Origin: Ascoidea asiatica JCM 7603
Lineage: Eukaryota; Fungi; Ascomycota
Assembly (NCBI GenBank): GCA_001600695.1
Contig: BCKQ01000020.1
Location: 181,031 to 212,736, forward strand
Reading direction: 5' to 3'
DNA length: 31,706 bases
Shown: in pieces, positions 20,974-30,230 of the stretch
How the letters are laid out: every line of letters begins with the position of its first letter
Numbering within the stretch: position 1 is the stretch's first letter
Position numbers and translations under genes: made by a program
The notes under the pieces: model-generated
Databases searched by the model: none
What the model was told of the DNA's origin: nothing
The model's input: only the letters and a program-made list of their open reading frames with translations

Positions 20974-22167
20974 ATGTCCTTATCAACTTCAAGGAATACT
21001 TGTAAGTCAAAATCAACCTCAAATCCAAATGAAATTCAATGTCAAAATCAAAACGAATATAAATTGGTCACTCCAGATCATATAAATGAATCAAATTTGA
21101 ATTCTAACTTCAAATACATTTCATATAAACATAGTAGTCATAACAATAATAGTCATATAAATAGGAGTTCAAATAATAAAAACTTCAATAATAATAAAAA
21201 TAAAAATGAGAAAGCTAGTGATAAATATGAATCAGACTCAGATTCAGACTCAGATTCAAACTCAAATCTGAGCTCAACTTCCTCTTCCAATTCAAGTTTA
21301 AACTCTTTATCACAAAATTATCCTTTATCAGTCAATTCAGCAAAAAAGCAATATTTCTATGATTTAAAAATAATTCAATCTTCAACGAAAGGTAGGCAAT
21401 CTGGTTCTTCTTCAAAAAGATTACTTAGTCCTTCAACAATTTTACAATTATTCACAAATGATATACCAAACGAATTACCAAATAGTTTACCAAATGATTT
21501 AATAACAAATTCAAAAAATGTGAATGATAATATAATTAATAAAAAAAATTTTAATTATATTTTAATTGCAACTATTGAAAATGATAATTCTCATAATTTA
21601 AAAGGTGATAAAATTATTATGGGTAATAATTTTATTGATAAATATAAATTTGTATTTGAATTTAATAATTTAGCTATTCAGAATTCTGGTGAATTTAAAT
21701 TAAAATTCAATTTACTAAAAATCTCTTTAAACAGTTTTCAATCTTCTTTTATTAAATCAATTCATTCAAATACTATAAATATTTTAACTACACGTACTTA
21801 TTATATTCATGATACTCAAATCACCGAAGATATTCAAAATACTCAAAATATTCAAGATATTCAGAGTATCAAAAAAAATCATCAAATTAAACATATCCAA
21901 GATAATATTCATAAAAAAACAAAATATAAAAATATAAAACCATTGAAATCTAATTTTAAAAACTTAAAAGCTTATTCTCTGACAAATTTCAAAAACAATA
22001 AATGCAAAATTACAAAAATTAAATCAAATAATTTATTATCTAGAAAACTTAATGGGAAATTCAATGAAAAAGAATACAAATCATCATTAAGTCAGGAATC
22101 TTCAAATTTATTAAACTCTATCTTTACTGAGCCTATACTAAAAAGTTTCTCCGAATATCTAACCTAA
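20974..22167 (+). CDS. Velvet-like domain protein, subtype D (the copy closest to the canonical VosA/VelB pattern)
   Basis: YDLKIIQSSTKGRQSGSSSKRLLSPSTILQL...YILIATI...NLKG...FVFEFNNLAIQNSGEFKLKFNL...FIKSIHSNTINI. Confidence 0.72.
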   Translation: MSLSTSRNTCKSKSTSNPNEIQCQNQNEYKLVTPDHINESNLNSNFKYISYKHSSHNNNSHINRSSNNKNFNNNKNKNEKASDKYESDSDSDSDSNSNLSSTSSSNSSLNSLSQNYPLSVNSAKKQYFYDLKIIQSSTKGRQSGSSSKRLLSPSTILQLFTNDIPNELPNSLPNDLITNSKNVNDNIINKKNFNYILIATIENDNSHNLKGDKIIMGNNFIDKYKFVFEFNNLAIQNSGEFKLKFNLLKISLNSFQSSFIKSIHSNTINILTTRTYYIHDTQITEDIQNTQNIQDIQSIKKNHQIKHIQDNIHKKTKYKNIKPLKSNFKNLKAYSLTNFKNNKCKITKIKSNNLLSRKLNGKFNEKEYKSSLSQESSNLLNSIFTEPILKSFSEYLT

Positions 22168-22507
22168 CATAATCACTCCTTATATTATTATTATTACTTG
22201 AATTTTCAAATTCAGCTTTATTTTGTAAAATTTTTAACGTTAACTATTCCAATCTACCAATATTATACTATCTTTTTCTCTTTTTCTATTTGTTATATAG
22301 TTTTTTTTCATTATTAAGACATTTCATTTTTTATTTTCATTATCATTATCATCATTGAAAAACATTTATTTATTATATTTTACTACATATTAATTGTATG
22401 AAGTAATCCAATACCCAAATAGATAATCAAATTTCAATATAAATCAATTTTCAAAATTTTTTTCTCTTTTCTTCTCGTTACTTTTATGTTCCACTCAACT
22501 TTTTAAA

Positions 22508-23416
22508 TTAATCTTCCTTTAAATAATGTTTTGCCCAATTTGGTAAAACAAAAGAAGCTTCATGAAAATCACTATTATAAAATCTGAATAACTTATCTTC
22601 ATCCATTTTGCTTAATTTTCTCAATGGTTTTTTTAAATTTAAATTTTTATCTTTTGAACATATTAATAAACCAATTTGACCACTTGTATAAGTTGGAGTT
22701 GAACAATAGCAATATTCAACATTTGGAAAAACTTTATGAGCAATTTTTTTAAGATTTTTAATAAATTTAAAATTTAACCAATTATTTTCGCTTGCCATTG
22801 AAATTACAATACCATTATCATTTAAAGCATTATATAATAATGTAAAATAATTTTGTTGAAAAAAAGCTTCTGCTGGACCTTCAGGATCTGAAGAATCGGT
22901 TATAATTACATCAAATTTATCATTTTGTTTTAAATTTGAAGATTCTTTTAAATATTTAAAACCATCATCTAAAATCACTTGAACTTTTTCATTATTAAAA
23001 CCTTTAGCCATATTTGGTAAATATTTTTTACTTAATTTAATAACTAATTCATCAATTTCAACTAAAATTGCCTTTTCAACCAGAGAATGTTTAACAATTT
23101 CTCTTAATACACCACCATCACCACCACCAATTACTAAAACATTTTTTGGATTCGGATGAGAAAATAAAGGAATATGAGAAATTAATTCTTGATAAGAAAA
23201 TTCATCTCTTTCAGTAACATTAATAATACCATCTAAAACTAAAACATTACCATAATTAGTACTTTCAAATACTAAAACATCTTGAAATTCAGTTATTTCA
23301 TGATATAAGATTTTTTTAACTTTCAATTTAAATGCTTGACCAGGAAATGAAGATTCAGATTTCTCAATAAACCAACCATCTTGAATTGAAGGATGACTCA
23401 ATATTTCACTAACCAT
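22508..23416 (-). CDS. SPE3: Spermidine synthase (aminopropyltransferase)
   Basis: [70 protein letters not shown]. The paralogue SPE4 cannot be excluded, since FPGQAF and GPAEAFF also resemble it. Confidence 0.8.
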   Translation of the reverse strand: MVSEILSHPSIQDGWFIEKSESSFPGQAFKLKVKKILYHEITEFQDVLVFESTNYGNVLVLDGIINVTERDEFSYQELISHIPLFSHPNPKNVLVIGGGDGGVLREIVKHSLVEKAILVEIDELVIKLSKKYLPNMAKGFNNEKVQVILDDGFKYLKESSNLKQNDKFDVIITDSSDPEGPAEAFFQQNYFTLLYNALNDNGIVISMASENNWLNFKFIKNLKKIAHKVFPNVEYCYCSTPTYTSGQIGLLICSKDKNLNLKKPLRKLSKMDEDKLFRFYNSDFHEASFVLPNWAKHYLKED

Positions 23417-23648
23417 TTTTGAAGATCATACACAATATAATTATTAGTCTATTTTTTTATAAAAAATATACCTTTGTGAAACTGAATTTTTAGAAATAAA
23501 TAAAAAAACAAAAACAAAAAAACAAAATCTTTTTGAGATTAAATACTGTAACAGATACAGTACTATTGATTTTTCATTTTCATATTTGAATTTTATTTTT
23601 TTTCTATTCATCCACAAATTGATGAACTTTAATTTGAAAATGAAAAAA

Positions 23649-23660
23649 TGAAAAATTTCA
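23649..23660. promoter_or_regulatory. RRPE-like element TGAAAAATTTCA upstream of the spermidine synthase gene
   Basis: Matches the TGAAAAWTTT growth-related motif about 235 bp upstream of the ATG; weak because of the AT-rich background. Confidence 0.3.
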
Positions 23661-24203
23661 TCCGAATCTGCAAAAAAACAGCAGGAGATGGCAAGACACG
23701 GCCCAAAGCTGTTTTACCCAGCGGAGAGCCGCACAAACAAGTTGGTAAGGTTTGACTAAGCATGTTTGTGCATAATTGAACATATTTTTGGTTGGAAATA
23801 AATAATGTCACGTTGATTTCTCGGAATGCATTTGAATTGGGCAATTTACTTCTTGGTTAATTTATTCTCATAAAAAAATGTATTTATAAGTTTAATAACA
23901 GGTTCTATTGATTTCATTATAAAACTCTTTTCTCATTTTTTGGATAAGAGTAATGATAATGAAATCTATTATGAAATTAATTGTATTTAGTCCTTTCTAA
24001 AAAAGTTGGCATAAATGGTATAAAAAAACGTTCTTAGATTTATATATCAGTTATTAAAGGAATCCGGAAAAGAAAAATTAGAAAAAAACAAAAAAATGTT
24101 GTGACTAAAATTGAGAAATTATATATGTAAATTTGGGTATATGTATTTGAAGTAAATATGGGCTATTTTATAAGACTAAAGAACGTGGATTCAGCTTCCT
24201 GTT

Positions 24204-25112
24204 CTAGTTCTTGTTCTTGTTTTTTTTTTCATTTAAATTGATAAATTTATTAGGTGCTTTCTCCATAAAATTTTCCATTTTAAGGTGTGGATCAATAGAA
24301 ATATCATTTAAGTCTGATACTACTTCATATTGCAAATTTGGAGAACATGTAATAAAAGTTTTATCTTGATTTACTAATTGTTCAACATTATATGGATCCT
24401 CATTGGAAGTTTCTTTTAAAACAGATTCTAGATCATAAAACTGAAGGTTTGAATTAAATTCAGACATGAAGTTATTTATTTTAAAATCAAAGGTATTATC
24501 GGGTGTTAATTGAGAAGATAAAGAACCTTCAGAAATTATTATATTTTCAAAAGAATCAATTTTGGGCTTCGATACTTTATAAGATGATTGATTATTAGAA
24601 TCTGATTCTGACGATGATATTTTCCTTTTCTTTGTGTTTTTAACAGATTTATTAACAGAATTATTAACAGCAATTTTTCCTGAATTTAAGACTAATAATG
24701 GAACCAAAGTGGTATATTTGAAATTAATTTCGCTTTCTTTGAAATTTTGATTTTTTTCAACTAATACTGATGAAAAAACTAATCTATAAACACCGGTTTT
24801 TGAAGCTCCTAAATCGGAAAAATCAAAAAGAAATTCATTTTCAGATTCAATATATTGACCAATTCTAATAGCTGAACCATTCAAATTTTTTGATCTACAT
24901 CCCGTCTCATGATCAAATAATTCAGCTCTAAAAAGAATATCAAATGGAAATTTGATTGAATCAGATAAGTTTTTAATACAAGAAACATTTAGACTAATGA
25001 TCGTTTTTGGTGTAAGTCTTCTTTTATTAGAAGAGCCCTGAGGTCTTCCTTCAGCAGCAACTGTCAAAAATTTGGCTTTATAACTGTTACCAATTTTATC
25101 CTTACTCTGCAT
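24204..25112 (-). CDS. Divergent velvet-like domain protein, subtype B (copy B3)
   Basis: MQSKDKIGNSYKAKFLTVAAEGRPQGSSNKRRLTPKTII...AELFDHETGCRSKNLNG...FDFSDLGASKTGVYRLVFS...LNSGKIAV; first ATG at 25112. Confidence 0.7.
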   Translation of the reverse strand: MQSKDKIGNSYKAKFLTVAAEGRPQGSSNKRRLTPKTIISLNVSCIKNLSDSIKFPFDILFRAELFDHETGCRSKNLNGSAIRIGQYIESENEFLFDFSDLGASKTGVYRLVFSSVLVEKNQNFKESEINFKYTTLVPLLVLNSGKIAVNNSVNKSVKNTKKRKISSSESDSNNQSSYKVSKPKIDSFENIIISEGSLSSQLTPDNTFDFKINNFMSEFNSNLQFYDLESVLKETSNEDPYNVEQLVNQDKTFITCSPNLQYEVVSDLNDISIDPHLKMENFMEKAPNKFINLNEKKNKNKN

Positions 25113-26021
25113 AACTAAATCATTCACTAAATTTAAGGATTTATTGAGAATTAAATTGAATTTCAAAAATTAGAAGCCGATTTAGATAATATCAGAACAT
25201 GCCTAAACTAAATAAAAAAATAAATTGCAAAAACTTTTAAAGGATTATCTTCTTGAAGATTATCTTATCTTTATATCTAATTGCAGATAACTTTTAAACA
25301 CTACGTTAGTCATTTAATATTTTTTGAGTGTTGAGTTAAATACCCTTTTTTGAGTATAGATCTGTCCAGAAATAAGGAACCAGGTGAATTCATTTCTAGT
25401 TTGCAGAGTACTAGGATCTAATACTTAGAGTTGGCTGTGTTGGAATGGCCACGATCAATTAATAACAATAACAATAACAATAGACTCGTATTGCACTCTG
25501 TTTTAAATCGTATCAAACCTAAGGTATCCTGTTAGCAAAGGGGAAAGGTACAATAAGCTTATCCTTATGAGACAGTCTGCATATTTATACCGAAAGTTCC
25601 AACCTTACTGGCATTCATGCTGCAAAGGGCAGAGGACAATGCAAAACCTTAAAATGGCTTGTCACGTTTAATAACCGACTCGGTGAGTGCGGTACCGGTC
25701 TGTCTGTCCAGCTTCTTCAAATTCAAGCTATTTTTGCAATGGTTTTGTTTTTAGAAGATGTGTTTATACAAACTGTGTGTATTTGAAAAATATGACAAGA
25801 CAAAAAATAAACTAAAATTTGGGTAATAAAAGAAGAAAAGTTTAGAGAATATGTGTAAAGAGGAAAGAATCAAAAGCAACTACAAATATATATATACTTG
25901 AAGAGCTTAGCTTTTAAAAGTTTGCTTATCAATAAGTGGTATTATACTGTGTGCTTAGAAAACAGTAAATGCAGTTTTTATTTCATAAACCATCTGGAGC
26001 AATTGACTTTTTTTTTATATT

Positions 26022-26861
26022 TCATTTTCTATTATTGTCAGAATAATTGTCATTATTGAAAAAACTGTTAAATTCATCTAGTTTAAGATTTAATTTCTCG
26101 TTTTGACCCAAAATAAAAGTTTCTGATAACAGTGAATTTTCATTACATCCAGAAGTATTGTTATTATCTAAATCTATATTTTCAAATCCTGAAATATCAA
26201 AATAACAACTTTGTAGATTGGATTCGATAGTTTTTGGATAACATAATTGATTCTCAATTTGAACTAACGATTCTTGAGATTGTTCTTGAGTCTCTAAATT
26301 ATTAATTAATCATTCTGAATGGTCAAACAAATTATTCGTTAAAGGTAAAACTATGAATGCTTTTAATTCTTGAGAATCATATGAAATTTGATTTATATCA
26401 GATAAAATTTTATTTTCTTCAAATTTTTTCCAATTTGACTTCATTTTAATACCTCCAGAAATCAAATGATTTGAAAAATCATCAGTAAACTTTGGAATTT
26501 GTTTAATTGAAAATAACATATTATATTCACCACGTTTTCCAATAGCTAAAGAATTGAAAATAAACCTTATACAAGATTTTTCTGAACAATATTTACCTTT
26601 TACCATATCATTTCCTTTCAATTCATCACTTCTTTCAAGGATTCCACCTCGGTAACAAGCTAATTCTGCATGCATAAAGAAATAAAAATCTGAATTATTA
26701 AAATCTTCTTCACTTCGTATATATTTATTTTTTGCAATAATTGAAAATGGTGTGGGTTTTAACCTTCTTACTTCTTTATTAATGCTAACCTTTTCATATT
26801 TTGGTACACTTTCAAAACTTAACTGGAATAACCCAAATTTGAGTTCAGAAATATTTTGCAT
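26022..26861 (-). CDS. Highly diverged velvet-like copy (subtype C) with an in-frame TGA at 26310-26312 (truncated allele, readthrough or error)
   Basis: FQLSFESVPK...VRRLKP...FFMHAEL...ELKG...GKY...FIFNSLAIGKRGEYNMLFSI...LISGGI. After the TGA the same frame stays open for 95 codons to a TGA at 26022-26024. Confidence 0.6.
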
Positions 26862-27566
26862 TAAAAAAAGAATAAGCAAAAAGAATTGTTTATGTTTATT
26901 CAAAAAAGATATAAATTAAATAGATTTTTTTTTTATTGACTTAGAGGCTTTTATATATTTTTTTTTTCAATCTACAGTTTATCAAACTATTAAAATTGAA
27001 TAACAAGAAAACAAAAATAAACAAATTGTTTTCTTAAGTGAAAGATTCTTTTGATTTTATAATTATTTTAAAACCCAAATCCATGTTTTTGGGCATTTTT
27101 TATTATTACATTTTTCTCTTTATGAGACTATCAGTAATTTAATTAGGACCCTTTCTTATTTCTAATAAATCACAATTAATCAGAGTCAGAGTTTTTTCCA
27201 AATAAAATTCACTCTTTTCTCAATTATTTACGAAGTATAATATTGACTAAAAATTTAAAGAATTGTTCAATGATAAAGAAGAATGATAATTTGAAGATTT
27301 TAAATCCAAATAAAAAATCAAGAAATATAAGAAATTCATCAAAAAGCAAAACTTCCATACAAAATGGAGTAATAATTTAATTGAATTGAAAAAAAAATAA
27401 TTGAAATAAATAAAATGAATTATGATATACTGTATATAAAATGAAATAATTTTTGTCACCTAGACTTACCTTTCAACTTCCACCACCAATAAGAAAAAAA
27501 AAAAATTTAAAAAAAAGAAAGATCAGAAAACAAAAACTGAATATTGAAAAACATATCAAAAATACA

Positions 27567-28610
27567 TTAATTGTTGTAAACTGAAAAAAAATTAGTTGTA
27601 TAGGTATAATATATATATATGAGTTTGAAAAAAATTAATGATTTGAGTAATTTATAAATATTATTCTTTTTCTTTTCTTTTTTTTTATTATTGTCATTAT
27701 TGTCATTATTGTCATTATTGTCATTATTGTCATTATTGCAGTTATCATCATAGTTGGTTTTATTATAAGGAGCACTGGATACGGTGATTTTTCCAGTTTT
27801 AATGAAATTCAGATTATTATTATTATTAATACTTAATGATTTTAAATCAGGATTTAAATTATTATTATTGAATAATAGAAAGAATTTCAAATAATAAATT
27901 CCTGGTAGTCTTATACCTAAATGAGTGAAATCAAAAAGATAGGAATTATAAATGGATGTATAAATTCCATAAATACATGGATTTCCAATCAACGATCTTC
28001 TTGTTAAATCAATATTAAGATGATAATCAAATAATTTAACTAAAACAAAATATTCATTATTATCTGAGATTTCATTAGTTTCTAATTCTATTATTGTTCT
28101 AGGTTTCAATCTTTTTTTAGATGAATTTCCTGAGGGTCTTCCAGAATCTGCAACTTCTTTAAATTCCAAAATATAATACAGTTCATTACATCTCTTATTT
28201 CTCTTTTTGTTTGATAAATTTCCACTGATTTTATCACTTGTTTTATCTTTTACTTGGTTTTTATCTTTATTGTAATGATAATTCAAGTTTTTTATAGGAG
28301 GCAAGTCGATAGAAGTATTATAAGAGGGTGTAGATGATCCTGAATTGTCTTTGAAATTGCTCAGTTTATATTGAATAATTTTATCATACTTATTATCTCC
28401 TTGATATTCTTGTTGATCTAATTGATCTCCTTTATCTAGTTTGCGTTCATTACCCCTTTGATTTTCATTATCTGAAAATATTCCTTTCTGAGAATAGAAA
28501 CTATTTTTATTATGTTTATTAAACTGAGAGTGATAGGAGGGTAAATTTGAATTTGAATTTGAACTTGAACTTAAACTAAAGCTATTGTTGGAATTTAAAG
28601 ATGAAAACAT
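27567..28610 (-). CDS. Divergent velvet-like domain protein, subtype A (copy A3), near-identical to A2 over most of its length
   Basis: 347 aa; nearly identical to A2 from DNENQRG through YDDNCNN. Confidence 0.72.
   Translation of the reverse strand: MFSSLNSNNSFSLSSSSNSNSNLPSYHSQFNKHNKNSFYSQKGIFSDNENQRGNERKLDKGDQLDQQEYQGDNKYDKIIQYKLSNFKDNSGSSTPSYNTSIDLPPIKNLNYHYNKDKNQVKDKTSDKISGNLSNKKRNKRCNELYYILEFKEVADSGRPSGNSSKKRLKPRTIIELETNEISDNNEYFVLVKLFDYHLNIDLTRRSLIGNPCIYGIYTSIYNSYLFDFTHLGIRLPGIYYLKFFLLFNNNNLNPDLKSLSINNNNNLNFIKTGKITVSSAPYNKTNYDDNCNNDNNDNNDNNDNNDNNKKKEKKKNNIYKLLKSLIFFKLIYIYYTYTTNFFSVYNN
27688..27737. repeat. 9-bp tandem repeat (TTATTGTCA) x~5 encoding DNN units in A3
   Basis: Direct tandem copies visible; the corresponding tract in A2 is degenerate. 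Confidence 0.7.
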
Positions 28611-29168
28611 GTTAAATTTTCTTACTTTATTTGTATGTTTCTTATCAAAAGATTTTTCACTAATAGTTGTTTCATGAAAGTGTTTTTATTGATGAACATT
28701 TCTTGTGATTATATAGGAATATGAAGAAAATGCAATGAATAAACAAGAATGGAAATTCAGTTGGTTAAAAAAAAAGAGAAAATTTAAAAAAGAGTAAGAT
28801 AAAAATGGTATAGATTATTTTTAACTTACATCATCTAAGAGAAAAAACTATAGATAATAATCAAAATAAAAAATTATGGTTCCTTCAATTTGGCTGAGTA
28901 TTACAGATTAGAACAAAAAAAAAATGATTTGCGGTAAAGAAAAACATTTTTTCATAAGTAATTTATCAGGAAATTGTTTACAAAAAAGAATTTATTCCAA
29001 TTTCAAATCTTCATGATCTGAATTATTATTGTGATTCTTCTGGGGATTGAATTTTTGGTTCAGCATTACGTTGGATTTCAAATAATGAACTTTCGTTATT
29101 ACTTTCGTTATTTTTTGAGTCTTGAGCATTGATTCTGTTGGAGGATGATTCTGTTGTTGAATTTCCTA

Positions 29169-29736
29169 CTAACTTCTTACATATTTTTTATCAATTACTT
29201 TAATTTTTTTCATATTCTCATTACCTTTATTACTCTTATTTTTACTCTTTAAATCAGTATTGCTAATAATAATTTCACCAGATTTTAGAGTTATTTTCGA
29301 AGGTAATTTAAAAAAACTAACATTTATTTCATCTTCTTTAAAATTTAAATTCTTTTCCATTAATTTTAAAGTAAATATTAATTTATAATTACCTTTATAA
29401 GAAACACCTAAATCTGAAAAATCAAAACAAATTAAATTTTTTTTTTTTAAATATTCACCACATTTAACTTTTAAACCATTTAAATTATTTGATCTTTTTC
29501 CAGTTTCAAATTCAAAAAGTTCTGAAAAAACTAAGAAATTCAAATGGATAATCATTAAAATCTGATATTGAATTAATATTTAAAACTTTTAAATATATTA
29601 TTGTTTTTGGTTTAAGTCTTCTTTTATTTGAATTACCTTTAGGTCTACCAGATTTTGAAATTGATTCAAAATAGAATTTAGATAATTCATTGATTAGATT
29701 ATAATTATCTTTGGTTTGACAATATGAAATTTTCAT
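29169..29736 (-). CDS. Velvet-like subtype B copy (B4) split by a +1 frameshift at about 29535 (programmed frameshift, pseudogene or assembly error)
   Basis: ORF 29512..29736 carries FYFESISKSGRPKGNSNKRRLKPKTII...YPFEFL. The overlapping ORF 29169..29555 carries VFSELFEFETGKRSNNLNG...FDFSDLGVSYKGNYKLIF. Joined, they align without gaps to B2/B3. Confidence 0.7.
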
Positions 29737-29984
29737 TCTAAGAGGTTATTTTATTTAAAAGTATATAAATACTTAATTATTTATGAATTAAAACAGAAAA
29801 TTTGAAAATTTATTGTTATTTTATATTTTTATTTATTTCGAATATTAATTTATTCTTTTTTTTTTTTTGTGATTAAATAATCTGTTAATAGTTTTTAAAT
29901 AAGTAAAAATATTTTAATCATCAACACAATGGGTTTTGTAAATAAAACCTCTTCATAAGGTCTCTAACTTACATTATGTATGCT

Positions 29985-30230
29985 ATCTAACTTCAACTTT
30001 AACGTTTGGGTTTGTTTTAAACTTTACTTCCGATTTTGTTTCAATTTCAACTTTAACAATGCTATTTTTGCTTCAAAATATAAAAATACTTTACTTTCAT
30101 TTGAAAAATTGACTTCTTTGGGCTCCTTAGTGGTGAACTTATTACACAATTTACCTTTTTCACAGTTATTAAGTAGTTTAAAAGATCCTTTTTTTTGCAA
30201 ATAAAATTTTTAGATCTACAAAGTTTCAAA
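29985..30230 (-). pseudogene. Possible heavily decayed velvet-like remnant
   Basis: The minus strand reads FET/CRSKNF (compare HETGCRSKNL in B3) and, nearby in another frame, KKGSFKLL (compare KGNYKLI). Short matches only. Confidence 0.3.

Noticed and set aside
25301-25312. Minus-strand GACTAAC-GTAG as an intron branch/acceptor for B3
   Set aside because: No convincing donor or upstream exon identified, and B3 has a suitable ATG at 25112.
25674-25685. ACCGACTCGGTG, whose reverse complement resembles the final hairpin of the SpCas9 tracrRNA
   Set aside because: Only a 12-nt near-palindrome in eukaryotic DNA; no other scaffold sequence, CRISPR array or cas gene.
3655-29736. Repeated family as transposon ORFs
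   Set aside because: No DDE, RT, integrase or tyrosine recombinase motifs, and no LTRs or terminal inverted repeats seen.
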